Assembly (NCBI GenBank): GCA_013152835.1
Contig: JAADFQ010000088.1
Span: 1-63,568, forward strand
Origin: FCB group bacterium
GTDB lineage: Bacteria; Fidelibacterota; Marinisomatia; Marinisomatales; J089
Length of the DNA stretch: 63,568 bases
Reading direction: 5' to 3'
The notes below the pieces were generated by a model. The model did not search any database and was not told the DNA's origin. It saw nothing but the letters and a program-made list of their open reading frames with translations. Positions 34,452-44,767 of this stretch are shown here, in pieces; the stretch's first letter is position 1; each line of letters begins with the position of its first letter. Both the position numbers and the translations under genes were made by a program.

Positions 34452-35346
34452 TTCATTTCGTACCGGGTATCAATCCCTGGTCGAGTCCTGGAAGGATATT
34501 TTGACCACGGCATTAAATAAACTATTTAAACAGGAATTTACCGTCTCCGCTTCGGTAGGTGAGGACCAGACGATAAAATCGGTTGTTGACAGCCTTGAAT
34601 TCCCACAAATATGGGTTCAATTTGAAACCGTGGGAAAAATGACTCTGAAGCATGCTCTGGTAATACCGGTGATGGCGGCGGGTAATCTTTTCACCTGGAT
34701 GACCGAAACCGATGCCCCGGAGACGCTGGAAGAGGATCAACTTAATATTCTGAAGGAGGGGATTGACCAGATTATTAATCAAGTGATCGCCGGACAGGAA
34801 AACGGTGATGACTTCGAACTTCAAAATTTAACCGTTGAACTTGTTACTGAAGCGCCTGTGGATATCCCTGAAACAGGATATCCGGGAGTATTAAAACTAT
34901 CAACTTCGGAGTTCGCAATGGACCTGAACCATTTGGTTTGGGGTTTTAGCGAAGAGGTCGGAGACGATGATTCCGAAGCCGGAACGGGTGAGATGGATTC
35001 TCTGTTTGAAGAAGATGAAGTTGATGTTCATCCCGCCGAATTTGAAAATTTTACTAACGGGCACAATCATCAGTCCGGTAATAAAAATCTGGACATGCTA
35101 TTAGATGTGGAGTTGGAAGTATTTGTGGAACTGGGCCGAAAGAAAATGTTGATTAAAGATTTACTGAAACTGGGTAAAGGTTCTGTAATCGAACTGGACA
35201 AAGCCGCTGGTGAACCACTGGAAATTTTTGTTAACGGCCGAAAATTAGCGGATGGTGAGGTGGTAGTAGTCGATGATGCCTTTGGTATTCGTATCACTCA
35301 GATCGTTGGAAATGTCCAGGAAAATACTCTTTTGGAACAGGTGTAG
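34441..35346 (+). CDS. fliN: flagellar motor switch protein FliN/FliY type (long N-terminal extension + SpoA domain)
   Basis: C-terminal LDVELEVFVELGRKKMLIKDLLKLGKGSVIELDKAAGEPLEIFVNGRKLADGEVVVVDDAFGIRITQIV. Confidence 0.9.
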   Translation: MTFDSFRTGYQSLVESWKDILTTALNKLFKQEFTVSASVGEDQTIKSVVDSLEFPQIWVQFETVGKMTLKHALVIPVMAAGNLFTWMTETDAPETLEEDQLNILKEGIDQIINQVIAGQENGDDFELQNLTVELVTEAPVDIPETGYPGVLKLSTSEFAMDLNHLVWGFSEEVGDDDSEAGTGEMDSLFEEDEVDVHPAEFENFTNGHNHQSGNKNLDMLLDVELEVFVELGRKKMLIKDLLKLGKGSVIELDKAAGEPLEIFVNGRKLADGEVVVVDDAFGIRITQIVGNVQENTLLEQV

Positions 35347-35360
35347 CCTTACAAGCCAAC

Positions 35361-35849
35361 GTGAAGTCCCTGAAACCCGGTTATCTCCTTGTTGCAGCTA
35401 TCGTCTTGATTGGCCTCGTCTGGTTAATCACGGGAGGTAGTCATGGTAACGCTCCTCAAACCTTGTCCTCCCAAGAGACAGTGGGTTCAGGGACTTCACA
35501 AATAAATTATACGACCTATATCATCAGAATAATCATAATCACGGTCTTGTTAGTCGGAATAATTATCGCTATGGGTTACTGGTATAAAAAGAATCTGAAT
35601 CCCCGGCGACAACAGGGGTTGTCAGTGAAAATCTTGGGAAAAGCTTACCTGGGTACCCGGCAACAATTGGCCTTGGTTAAGGTGCTTGATTCGTATTTGT
35701 TAATGAGTATCACCGATCAGTCTATCAATGTGATGCGTGAATACGAACCCGGCGATATTCCCGAAAGTTTACTCCACCGGGAATCTATGGCTGATATTGC
35801 CTTTGCAGACTGGTTAAATAAACTTACCCATCGGGGACAAACGAACTGA
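35361..35849 (+). CDS. fliO: flagellar biosynthesis protein FliO/FliZ
   Basis: GTG start. A TM segment, then LSVKILGKAYLGTRQQLALVKVLDSYLLMSITDQSINVM. It lies upstream of fliP. Confidence 0.75.
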   Translation: MKSLKPGYLLVAAIVLIGLVWLITGGSHGNAPQTLSSQETVGSGTSQINYTTYIIRIIIITVLLVGIIIAMGYWYKKNLNPRRQQGLSVKILGKAYLGTRQQLALVKVLDSYLLMSITDQSINVMREYEPGDIPESLLHRESMADIAFADWLNKLTHRGQTN

Positions 35850-35852
35850 GCA

Positions 35853-36611
35853 ATGCGGCGGGAACGTTTAGCGAGAAGGATATCTTTACTCCTGATCATC
35901 TTGGGAGTTATGCTTACCACTGTGCATTCCCAAACGGCCTTCCCCAAGGTCACCTTCGGTGTAGAGGAAACCTCCAATCCCACGGAGTTTTCAATTTCCC
36001 TCCAAATCGTCTTTCTCCTGACGGTCCTGTCGCTTGCTCCTTCCATTCTGGTTATGATGACCAGCTTTACCCGGTTAGTAATTGCTTTTTCCTTTCTCCG
36101 GCGCTCCCTGGCCACCCAGACTGTGCCGTCCAATCAGATCCTGATCGGATTGGCCCTTTTCCTGACTTTTTTTATCATGAAACCGGTGTTTACTGAAGTT
36201 AATAAAAATGCTATCCAACCGTATATCAAACAGGAAATAACCCAATCGGAAGCGATGGCGGCGGCCAAAACGCCAATCTCGGCCTTCATGCTGAAACAAA
36301 CACGGCCTAAAGATTTGGAATTATTTATTCAACTGCGGGGAAACGGTCGCCCACAGAATAAGCAGGAACTGTCCCTGTTGACTATTATTCCGGCTTTTAT
36401 TATCAGCGAGTTAAAGACGGCCTTTCAAATCGGGTTTTTATTGTATTTACCAATGCTGGTCATTGATATGGTCGTAGCCAGTGTTTTGCTATCCATGGGA
36501 ATGATGATGTTGCCACCGGTCATGATTTCCATGCCCTTTAAAATATTGCTGTTTGTTCTTGTCGACGGATGGTATCTGTTGGTTGAATCATTAGTTAAAG
36601 GATTCATGTAA
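35853..36611 (+). CDS. fliP: flagellar export gate protein FliP
   Basis: LAPSILVMMTSFTRLVIAFSFLRRSLATQTVPSNQILIGLALFLTFFIM. Confidence 0.97.
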   Translation: MRRERLARRISLLLIILGVMLTTVHSQTAFPKVTFGVEETSNPTEFSISLQIVFLLTVLSLAPSILVMMTSFTRLVIAFSFLRRSLATQTVPSNQILIGLALFLTFFIMKPVFTEVNKNAIQPYIKQEITQSEAMAAAKTPISAFMLKQTRPKDLELFIQLRGNGRPQNKQELSLLTIIPAFIISELKTAFQIGFLLYLPMLVIDMVVASVLLSMGMMMLPPVMISMPFKILLFVLVDGWYLLVESLVKGFM

Positions 36612-36883
36612 TGTCAGTTGATTACGTTATTTTTCTTACCAAGGAATCATTAACCACCGTGATTTACCTCCTGGCTCCGATTCTTGGAACCGGTCTGGCG
36701 GTGGGTTTGATCGTAGGAATATTTCAGGCGGTAACTCAAATCCAGGAATTGACCCTGTCGTTCATTCCAAAAATGGCAATAGTCGGGTTTGTGATTCTGG
36801 CATTGACACCCTGGTTCCTTGATATCCTCATGAATTATACTCAGGAAATGTTTAGTCAGATTGCCCAGGTGGGGATGCAGTGA
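36611..36883 (+). CDS. fliQ: flagellar export gate protein FliQ
   Basis: 90 aa with two TM segments: IVGIFQAVTQIQELTLSFIPK. Confidence 0.95.
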   Translation: MSVDYVIFLTKESLTTVIYLLAPILGTGLAVGLIVGIFQAVTQIQELTLSFIPKMAIVGFVILALTPWFLDILMNYTQEMFSQIAQVGMQ

Positions 36884-37668
36884 ATCTGGATTTTATCTAC
36901 GAAATTCAGAATAAGGTCCCCTTATTTTTAATGGTCTTTGCGCGACTTTCCGGTTTGTTATGGACGTTACCGCTGACCAGTTATACAACAATTCCCAATC
37001 GTGTTCGGGTTGGATTGGCGATTCTGTTCACTCTGATCGTTATTCCTCTGCTTCCATCCACGACGTTGGCAGTCAACACCCTGCTAGGTCTCTTTTTGGC
37101 AATCCTGATGGAATTAATTGTGGGAATGGTGCTTGGTTTTGGGGGGCGTGTTATTTTTGAAGCCTTTAATATGGCCGGTAGTTTTGTCGGTCGGCAAATG
37201 GGTCTGTTATTGGCGAATGTGTTGGATCCTACAAGTCAGGACCAGACGCCGCTTATGAGTCAAATGTGGTTCTTTTTACTGTTGATGATTTTCCTGTTGA
37301 CCAATGGCCATTATTTATTAATCGAATTGTTGGGTAAAAATTTTCAAAGTATTCCCTTAATGGGAGCGACATTAACACCGGCTGCCGGTCGTACATTTGC
37401 CGAATCTTTTCAAACTGCGCTTCGTCTGGGACTGAGTCTTGGGTTACCGGCGATGCTGTTCCTGTTAATTGTTGACACTGCGATTGCCTTCACGGCACGG
37501 GTAATGCCGCAAATGAATATATTTTTCGTGACCCTGCCGGTAAAAATCGGACTCGGTTTTATTGTCCTGATCATTTCTCTTGATATTTTTCAGGTTCTTT
37601 ATGATTCCATGCTTTCGGATATGAATACGTATTTCAGAACCATGTTAATCCAACTCGCGGGAGCTTAA
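36880..37668 (+). CDS. fliR: flagellar export gate protein FliR
   Basis: A polytopic protein with FARLSGLLWTLPL and FEAFNMAGSFVGRQMGL. GTG start overlapping the fliQ stop. Confidence 0.92.
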   Translation: MNLDFIYEIQNKVPLFLMVFARLSGLLWTLPLTSYTTIPNRVRVGLAILFTLIVIPLLPSTTLAVNTLLGLFLAILMELIVGMVLGFGGRVIFEAFNMAGSFVGRQMGLLLANVLDPTSQDQTPLMSQMWFFLLLMIFLLTNGHYLLIELLGKNFQSIPLMGATLTPAAGRTFAESFQTALRLGLSLGLPAMLFLLIVDTAIAFTARVMPQMNIFFVTLPVKIGLGFIVLIISLDIFQVLYDSMLSDMNTYFRTMLIQLAGA

Positions 37669-37669
37669 G

Positions 37670-38770
37670 ATGCCTGAGCAACAAGGTCAGGATAAAACTG
37701 AACCGGCATCCGAGAAAAAACGACAAGAGGAACGGGATAAAGGGAATGTCGCCAAAAGTTCAGATCTCAATGCAGCCATTGTTCTGCTGGTTGGAATTCT
37801 GGCAGTCAAGTTTACCGGAGGAGCGGTAATCAGTAATATGGCCTCTATCTGCACAACCACTTATCGGCATTTATCGACCATTTCCATTACTCCGGACCTG
37901 TTGGCAGCGCAGTCGATCGGACTGTTTTCGTACATGACAAAAGCACTGCTTCCCCTGCTCATATTTCTTGTTATTGCCGCGTTTGGAAGTAATTACCTTC
38001 AGGTTGGCTTTATGATTGCCCATAAGGCGTTGGTTCCGAATTTCAGTAAGCTGAATGTTATTTCAGGAATCAAACAAATGTTTTCGGTTCGGTCAATGGT
38101 GGAAACCTTGAAAGGATTGCTCAAAATTATTATCATCGGTTTTATCGGATTCTGGGTTGTCCGAAAACATATTCCTGATTTTTTACTCATGTCCAATGAA
38201 TCCATAGGTGAGAGTTTGTCCAGTCTCGGTGATATTTTATTTGAACTGACTCTGAAAGTGGGGATTGCGCTACTGGTATTGGCGATCGCGGATTTTGTCT
38301 ATCAACGATATCAGTATGAAGAAAGCATCAAGATGACTAAGCAGGAAAAACAGGATGAAAACAAACAGTACGAAGGGAACCCCGAAGTCAAACGAAAAAT
38401 CAGATCCAACCAATTAATCGGAGCCCGGAAACGGATGTTGTCGGCGGTACCGGATGCGACGGTTGTAGTGACCAACCCGACACACCTGGCGATTGCCCTG
38501 AAATACGATATGGACAATTCTCTTTCAGCACCGACGGTTGTTGCCAAGGGAAAGCGGAAGATTGCCGAACGTATCAAGGCCATCGCCCTTGAACATGCAG
38601 TACCGATTATCGAAAATAAACCGCTTGCACGCACCTTGTTTGCTACCACGGAAGTGGGAATGGAGATTCCGGCTGAATTCTATCAGGCCGTGGCTGAAAT
38701 TCTGGCGCAGATCTATCGACAGAATTCCGGTCATGGTCAACCGGTAAGGAGAATGGCTCATGCCGTCTAA
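37670..38770 (+). CDS. flhB: flagellar export switch protein FlhB
   Basis: MPEQQGQDKTEPASEKKRQEERDKGNVAKS, and the autocleavage site NPTHLAIAL. Confidence 0.97.
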   Translation: MPEQQGQDKTEPASEKKRQEERDKGNVAKSSDLNAAIVLLVGILAVKFTGGAVISNMASICTTTYRHLSTISITPDLLAAQSIGLFSYMTKALLPLLIFLVIAAFGSNYLQVGFMIAHKALVPNFSKLNVISGIKQMFSVRSMVETLKGLLKIIIIGFIGFWVVRKHIPDFLLMSNESIGESLSSLGDILFELTLKVGIALLVLAIADFVYQRYQYEESIKMTKQEKQDENKQYEGNPEVKRKIRSNQLIGARKRMLSAVPDATVVVTNPTHLAIALKYDMDNSLSAPTVVAKGKRKIAERIKAIALEHAVPIIENKPLARTLFATTEVGMEIPAEFYQAVAEILAQIYRQNSGHGQPVRRMAHAV

Positions 38771-40823
38771 ACCGGAACCGAAAATATCCAACGGCAGCAA
38801 TTTAGTCCTGGTGGGTGGGATCATTACCATTCTTGCGGTCATGGTACTCCCGTTACCGACCTATTTAATGGATATGCTTCTGGTCATGAATATTACCGCC
38901 GGACTGTTAATGCTGTTCGTGGCTCTGTATATTTTAAAACCGCTTGAATTTTCCGTTTTCCCGGGTCTTTTATTGATCTCCACATTATTCAGATTGTCCC
39001 TGAATGTAGCTACCACCCGATTGATCCTTGGACAGGGTTATGCCGGTGAAATTATTGAAACATTCGGGAGTTTTGTGGTCCAGGGAAATTACGTGGTCGG
39101 TGGTGTGATTTTCCTGATTCTGGTCATTATCAACTTTGTAGTAATCACGAAGGGCTCCACACGCATTGCGGAAGTATCGGCCCGATTTACACTGGACGCC
39201 ATGCCCGGGAAACAGATGGCCATTGATGCGGATCTGAATGCCGGCTTGATCGATGATCAGGAAGCCCGTGACCGACGGGAATTTATTGGTCGGGAAGCTG
39301 ATTTTTACGGAGCGATGGATGGCGCCGCGAAATTTGTCAGGGGGGATGCCATCGCGGGGTTATTGATTACTTCAATTAATATTCTTGGTGGATTGGCAAT
39401 TGGAGTACTCCAACGGGGAATGCCACTCGGTGAAGCAGCTTCCAAATATACGATTCTCACGATTGGTGACGGTCTGGTCGCTCAAATTCCCGCCCTGATT
39501 ATCTCTACTGCTTCTGCGATTATCATTACCCGTGCAACATCGGAATCTTCCCTTGGAAGTGATATTGCCAATCAGATATCTCGCCGACCGAAAGTCGTAT
39601 TTATTACGGCATTAATTCTGGGCATGATGGGGCTGGTTCCCGGAATGCCCTTCTTTCCGTTTTTAATTATGGCTTCCCTCATGGCGGGTGGCGGCTATGT
39701 TGTTCAAAGTGCATTAACACTGGAAGCAAAAGAATTGGCGAATCAGGAAGAAGAAGTGATGCCTGAGGTTGAAGATAAGATTGAGGAATACCTGCATCCG
39801 GATCCGTTCGAAGTAGAAATCGGTTACGGCCTGATCCCCATGGTTGATTCCAGTCAGGGGGGAAATCTTTTGGGGCGTATATCCGCCATCCGGAAAAGTC
39901 TGGCCATGGAACTGGGTCTGATTGTTCCACCAATCCGGATACGGGATAATATCCAATTAAAACCGAATGAATACCTGTTCAAAATCCAGGGCGTGGAAAT
40001 AACACGGGGAGAATCCATGATTAATTCGTATCTGGTATTGAACCCCGGCGAAGATGTTGATTTCGATGGAATCAGGACCCAAGAGCCCACCTTCGGATTA
40101 CCGGCAATGTGGGTATCCGATCAGGATCGGGAAAAAGCCGAAGTTGCCGGATATACAACGATTGAACCACCGGCAGTCATCGCCACCCACCTTATGGAAG
40201 TATTGAAAGGGAATGCGTTCAAACTACTGAATCGTCAGGAAACACAACGCATGCTGGACCACTTGAAAGAAAGTCATTCCGCGGTTGTTGAAGGACTAGT
40301 GCCGGATATGATTCCCCTGGGTGTTATTACAATCATTTTGAAAAATTTGCTCAGGGAACAAATTCCTATCCGGAATCTGGTTTTGATTATGGAAACCATA
40401 GCTGATTACGCTTCCTTCAGCAAAGATCCGGAAGTTCTTACCGAATATGTCCGGGCAGCGCTGGCGGAAATCATTACCGATTTATTAGCGGATAGAGAGA
40501 ATAGTGTGACAGTGGCTACTCTCGATCCCAGAATCGAAGATAAAATTGGCGAATCGCTTCGTAAAAATGCAGTTCCGAATTCCGGTCTTGGATTCAGTCC
40601 TGAAGAGGTCAATCAAATCTTTGAAAGTATTGCGGAAAAAGTGAACAGCATGATCAGCGAAAATCATAAACCCGTATTATTGGTTTCGCCACAAATCCGG
40701 AAATATGTCCGGAAATTCGTAGAACCAGTTCTTCCGGATTTGATGATTATTTCCTATTCGGAATTAACTGCCAGTACAAACCTTAAATCAGTTGGAATAG
40801 TGAGTTACCCCAATGCAAGTTAG
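38760..40823 (+). CDS. flhA: flagellar export gate protein FlhA
   Basis: FSVFPGLLLISTLFRLSLNVATTRLIL and RFTLDAMPGKQMAIDADL. Confidence 0.97.
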   Translation: MPSKPEPKISNGSNLVLVGGIITILAVMVLPLPTYLMDMLLVMNITAGLLMLFVALYILKPLEFSVFPGLLLISTLFRLSLNVATTRLILGQGYAGEIIETFGSFVVQGNYVVGGVIFLILVIINFVVITKGSTRIAEVSARFTLDAMPGKQMAIDADLNAGLIDDQEARDRREFIGREADFYGAMDGAAKFVRGDAIAGLLITSINILGGLAIGVLQRGMPLGEAASKYTILTIGDGLVAQIPALIISTASAIIITRATSESSLGSDIANQISRRPKVVFITALILGMMGLVPGMPFFPFLIMASLMAGGGYVVQSALTLEAKELANQEEEVMPEVEDKIEEYLHPDPFEVEIGYGLIPMVDSSQGGNLLGRISAIRKSLAMELGLIVPPIRIRDNIQLKPNEYLFKIQGVEITRGESMINSYLVLNPGEDVDFDGIRTQEPTFGLPAMWVSDQDREKAEVAGYTTIEPPAVIATHLMEVLKGNAFKLLNRQETQRMLDHLKESHSAVVEGLVPDMIPLGVITIILKNLLREQIPIRNLVLIMETIADYASFSKDPEVLTEYVRAALAEIITDLLADRENSVTVATLDPRIEDKIGESLRKNAVPNSGLGFSPEEVNQIFESIAEKVNSMISENHKPVLLVSPQIRKYVRKFVEPVLPDLMIISYSELTASTNLKSVGIVSYPNAS

Positions 40824-41925
40824 ATCATTTACCGGTCGATCCATGAAAGATGCCATGAATCGCGCAAAAGCAACTTTTGGTGAAAATATCGTAATTCTCG
40901 ATTCAACGCTATTACCCCTGAACCAGGAGCATCCCGATCGCCGGATTCAGCTATCGGTTGGAATTCCTGATTCGGTACGACCCTATCAGGATAGTCAACC
41001 TCATCAACAGCATGATTTCAAACGCTACCTCAAATCACGTTTGGCTGAGCTGGATTCCGGTACCAAAGCTGATCGGATTAATCAGGATTCATCACCGAAA
41101 ATACTTCAGCCGGAACAGTCCGCAAATTCTCAATCGGGAATCCCTGAATCCGGTCAGCCGCTCTTGTCAAAAATGGCTTCATTGGGGTTCCCGGATGAAT
41201 TTTCACGCAACCTGATCGGCAAAGTGGGGTTCGGTGGAACAAGCGTAAAACTGAACAAGAGTAAGCTGTTATCTTCTCTCCAATCTCATTTTTTACGGGC
41301 CTTGGCGGCCAAAGACCAAAACCTGTTCAAACATTCTTCCCGGATGATCATCCCCGTCATAGGTCCCACGGGTGCGGGAAAAACCACCACAATCATGAAA
41401 CTGGCCGTCAATCCTCTGTGTTTTGGAAAACGGAAAGTCGCTGTTATTTCTCTGGATCATCATCGCATGGCGGCTGGTGAACAGCTGGCACAATTCTCGC
41501 GAATTACCAATATTCCCTTTGCTTCCATTGAAGACGAGGTTGATCTTCATAATTATTTCAAATCCGGTGTGGAAGCCGAGGTTGTGTTGGTGGATACGCC
41601 TGGACGCAGTCCCAATTTTTCCGAATATTCAAGAGAATTGAGTGATATGCTCACCGTGTTGCAGCCTGCGGCTACAATTTTGACGGTGCCATTAACCTAT
41701 GACACCGAAGATATATTATTTAATTCCGTGTTATATCAGGCGCTGGGAGCGACCCATTTATTCTTTTCAAAATTGGATGAAACCTGTCGTCCGGGAAAGC
41801 TGGTCACGGTTCTGAAAGAGTTGGAATTGCCGGTCATCGGTTTGGGTAACGGACAATCCATTACCGATGATTTTATTGTAAATTATGGCGAAGCACTCTG
41901 GAGTAGGATGGTGTTGGAGATTTAA
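40813..41925 (+). CDS. flhF: SRP-type GTPase FlhF
   Basis: MQVRSFTGRSMKDAMNRAKATFGENIVILDS, then the G-domain motifs IGPTGAGKTTT, DTPGRS and SKLDET. Confidence 0.92.
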   Translation: MQVRSFTGRSMKDAMNRAKATFGENIVILDSTLLPLNQEHPDRRIQLSVGIPDSVRPYQDSQPHQQHDFKRYLKSRLAELDSGTKADRINQDSSPKILQPEQSANSQSGIPESGQPLLSKMASLGFPDEFSRNLIGKVGFGGTSVKLNKSKLLSSLQSHFLRALAAKDQNLFKHSSRMIIPVIGPTGAGKTTTIMKLAVNPLCFGKRKVAVISLDHHRMAAGEQLAQFSRITNIPFASIEDEVDLHNYFKSGVEAEVVLVDTPGRSPNFSEYSRELSDMLTVLQPAATILTVPLTYDTEDILFNSVLYQALGATHLFFSKLDETCRPGKLVTVLKELELPVIGLGNGQSITDDFIVNYGEALWSRMVLEI

Positions 41926-41929
41926 TTCA

Positions 41930-42793
41930 ATGGATTTACTGAAAAATAATCGACTCAATTTCCAATCTCTTCCTCACGCGGACATCCTGGCCGTCACCAG
42001 TGGTAAAGGCGGCGTTGGGAAAACCAGTATCAGTGTAAATCTGGCAATATTGTTCAAACAGTACCGGAAACGGGTTTTGCTGATCGATGCCGACATTCAT
42101 CTGGGAAATGTAGATTTGGTTTTGGGAATTCGTCCCACGCTTACCATGTCAGACGTGATTTTAGGGAAAAAAGAATTGGGAGATACGATTATTTCCGGGC
42201 CGGGGGAGATAGATATTCTTCCGGCCAGTTCCGGTGTATTGGAGTTATTGGAATGCGATGCGAGTTTGATAAAAAAATTGAATCGAGCCTTTCAATCATT
42301 TGAAAATAAATACGATGTAATTCTAATTGATACCGGTGCCGGTCTTTCCACCAATGTTTTATCTTTCGTTGCAAGTTCTCATCGGACATTGCTCATTGTG
42401 ACCCCCGATCCATCGTCTATTGCGGATGCTTATGGTATGATTAAGGTCGTTGCCAAAACAAAACCTAACCAACCGATTATTTTGCTTACCAATATGGTCT
42501 CTTCAATGGAAGAAGGTAAATCTCTCTTCCAAAAATTAAACCTTATGACGACACGATTTTTAAATTTCAAGCTTGAAAACGGGGGTTCGATTCCCAACTC
42601 AAAGGATTGGTCGGATTGCGTTCTTCAGCAACTGCCTTTGGCGATTAAACATAATAATTCAACTCCGATACGGATGTTGAAGATGATTTCGAAGAAAATC
42701 CTGAGTGTGCCCATAACCAAAGAAGATCAACAAGGACTCTTCGACGGATTCCTGGACGAAAACCAACCGTCTTCCCAGGTGTCACATGACTAA
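41930..42793 (+). CDS. flhG: MinD/ParA-type ATPase FlhG (FleN/YlxH)
   Basis: ILAVTSGKGGVGKTSISVNLA. The start is taken at ATG 41930, just after the flhF stop; the track ORF begins at 41885. Confidence 0.9.
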   Translation: MDLLKNNRLNFQSLPHADILAVTSGKGGVGKTSISVNLAILFKQYRKRVLLIDADIHLGNVDLVLGIRPTLTMSDVILGKKELGDTIISGPGEIDILPASSGVLELLECDASLIKKLNRAFQSFENKYDVILIDTGAGLSTNVLSFVASSHRTLLIVTPDPSSIADAYGMIKVVAKTKPNQPIILLTNMVSSMEEGKSLFQKLNLMTTRFLNFKLENGGSIPNSKDWSDCVLQQLPLAIKHNNSTPIRMLKMISKKILSVPITKEDQQGLFDGFLDENQPSSQVSHD

Positions 42794-42995
42794 ACTCTTT
42801 TACAAATTTGCGCTATTGATGGCGATTATTACTTTTCTCACCTGTTTAGCGGGTGGGATTTCTCTGCTGACCTGCCTGTTGCGGGCTCTTACCGTCTTGG
42901 TCGGGATTCTGTTCACTATTTTTATTGCTGGGTATGTTTTACAATTCGGACTTTACATCACAACACAAACTCGGACGGAAGATAAGGACGCGTGA
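42786..42995 (+). CDS. hypothetical 69-aa two-TM membrane protein between flhG and fliA
   Basis: Hydrophobic helices FALLMAIITFLTCLAGGISLL and LTVLVGILFTIFIAGYVLQFGL. It overlaps the flhG stop by 8 nt and the fliA start by 4 nt. Confidence 0.5.
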   Translation: MTKLFYKFALLMAIITFLTCLAGGISLLTCLLRALTVLVGILFTIFIAGYVLQFGLYITTQTRTEDKDA

Positions 42996-43762
42996 TGTTA
43001 TCAACACCGACAGTGCAAACGTTCAGTGAAGATTATATCCGGAAGTATAAAACAACGGGTGATCCCCACGATAAAGATTTGGCGATACGATCTTACCTCC
43101 CCTTAGTGAAATTTATCGTGGGTCGAATTCCTCCTGTAGCCAACGGGAATTTGAGTCGGAATGACATGTATCAATTCGGCGTCATTGGATTGATTGATGC
43201 CCTGGACCGTTTTGATCCCACGCAGGGAGTCGGGTTTAAGACCTTCGCCTATAAACGAATTCATGGGGAAGTTATCGATGCGGTGCGCAAGGAAAGTCGT
43301 CTTTCCCGGGATCAGGTTCATCAACTCCAATTGATTGAACAGTCCCGTCGGATGTTATGGCATCAATTGGGCCGGGAGCCGATGCCGGAAGAGATCGCCC
43401 GTAAGGTGGGTATCACCATGGAAAAATTTGAATATCTTTGTCAATTAAGGGCACAGTCAGTGGTTTCACTGGATGAACCGGTATCCGGACCCGATGGGGA
43501 CAGGTTTATTTCCAGGGCGGAAACGTTATCCGATCCGGAACAATTATCCCCGGGCCAGGCTTTGGACAGGGAAAGTCTGAAAGAAGAATTAAAAGCCCTC
43601 ATCAAAGCATTACCGGAACGGAAACGATTAATTCTGGCCTTATACTATTACGAGGAATTGACGCTGGTAGATATCGGAAGCGTACTGAACCTGACCGAAT
43701 CGCGGGTTTCGCAGATTCTGTCGGATACGCTGGTGGAAATCAGAGGTAATCTGAAGAGATGA
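42992..43762 (+). CDS. fliA: flagellar sigma factor sigma28 (FliA/SigD)
   Basis: Region 2: YLPLVKFIVGRI...QFGVIGLIDALDRFDP...FKTFAYKRIHGEVIDAVR. Region 4: LILALYYYEELTLVDIGSVLNLTESRVSQI. Confidence 0.95.
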   Translation: MMLSTPTVQTFSEDYIRKYKTTGDPHDKDLAIRSYLPLVKFIVGRIPPVANGNLSRNDMYQFGVIGLIDALDRFDPTQGVGFKTFAYKRIHGEVIDAVRKESRLSRDQVHQLQLIEQSRRMLWHQLGREPMPEEIARKVGITMEKFEYLCQLRAQSVVSLDEPVSGPDGDRFISRAETLSDPEQLSPGQALDRESLKEELKALIKALPERKRLILALYYYEELTLVDIGSVLNLTESRVSQILSDTLVEIRGNLKR

Positions 43763-43989
43763 CGATGGACGCAACTATTAAAGCAATTACTTCCAGACCG
43801 TTAGAGGAAGTTACCAAAGTGGTTCGATCGGACAACAGACCGAAAAAGCGGAAAAAATCCAAGGAACAAACTCCGGAAGATATCTTGATTATTCATGGTG
43901 AAAATAAAGAAAAACATTCAACCACTCCGGCAGATATCACAGATCCGAAATCTTTCCCGGGGCATGAGGTGGATATTGTTGTTCATTAA
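43759..43989 (+). CDS. hypothetical 76-aa Lys-rich protein coupled to fliA (ATGA overlap)
   Basis: Coupling to the fliA stop. Highly charged (RPKKRKKSKEQTPED). No family recognised, and it may not be a real gene. Confidence 0.35.
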   Translation: MTMDATIKAITSRPLEEVTKVVRSDNRPKKRKKSKEQTPEDILIIHGENKEKHSTTPADITDPKSFPGHEVDIVVH

Positions 43990-44002
43990 CTATAAACGTC
44001 CC

Positions 44003-44767
44003 ATGCTGAATAGTCTGATGGTTGCGGTCCTTTACTGTATAACCATTATTTTTGGCGCTTCCCCCATAACTGTTTTTACTGCCGAAATCGGTTCTTCCCG
44101 GAGAATCATTGTTTCCCTTGGAGATGCCCAACCGACAGCGGTGGATTGGATTCATTTTTCATCTGATTCGGCAACGGGCCGGTTTTCACTTACCCTGAAA
44201 CCTATGAAGAACTCCATATACCAGGGTCGGAGCCGTATCCTGGAACGCGGAGTTGTACCGGTTCAACTGACAATCTCAAATCCGGATTCGGAATCACTTT
44301 GGATCACCGGAAAAACAATACCTTTTAAGAAAGTCTGGAGTTTTTGGGTTGTAGAAGAAAATGAATTCATCCTGGATTTCTTTCAGGAAATGCCACCGGA
44401 AACTATTTTTCACGAGAAATCATTATCTCCAGGTTCACCACAGGCTGAGGTATCCAGAAAAAATGACACCGCCGCACTGGTTGGATATCCGAAAGAGGAA
44501 AAACATGCGGCTTCATTATTCAAACAAGCTGTTTTATATGCGTCTCTGATTCTGGTCTTTGGTCTGGCGCTCATTTTCAGCCTGAAACGAAATCCTGAGC
44601 GGAAATTAAAACGGGACTCAAACGAACATGTCAACCGGACAGCAGCTGGTTCTTTGAAACCGGTTTCGGATAAGGAGGCGATACGCGAGATCATGAAATC
44701 GACCGGTCAAACCTGGGATGAAGCCGAATTATCCCATTCACTGGGTAAAGATTATGGGCGGGTATAA
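44003..44767 (+). CDS. hypothetical bitopic membrane protein (signal/anchor, periplasmic domain, TM, cytoplasmic tail)
   Basis: The start is taken at ATG 44003 (MLNSLMVAVLYCITIIFGASP...). A second TM segment is AVLYASLILVFGLALIFSL. The track ORF begins at 43895 and overlaps the previous ORF. Confidence 0.5.
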   Translation: MLNSLMVAVLYCITIIFGASPITVFTAEIGSSRRIIVSLGDAQPTAVDWIHFSSDSATGRFSLTLKPMKNSIYQGRSRILERGVVPVQLTISNPDSESLWITGKTIPFKKVWSFWVVEENEFILDFFQEMPPETIFHEKSLSPGSPQAEVSRKNDTAALVGYPKEEKHAASLFKQAVLYASLILVFGLALIFSLKRNPERKLKRDSNEHVNRTAAGSLKPVSDKEAIREIMKSTGQTWDEAELSHSLGKDYGRV

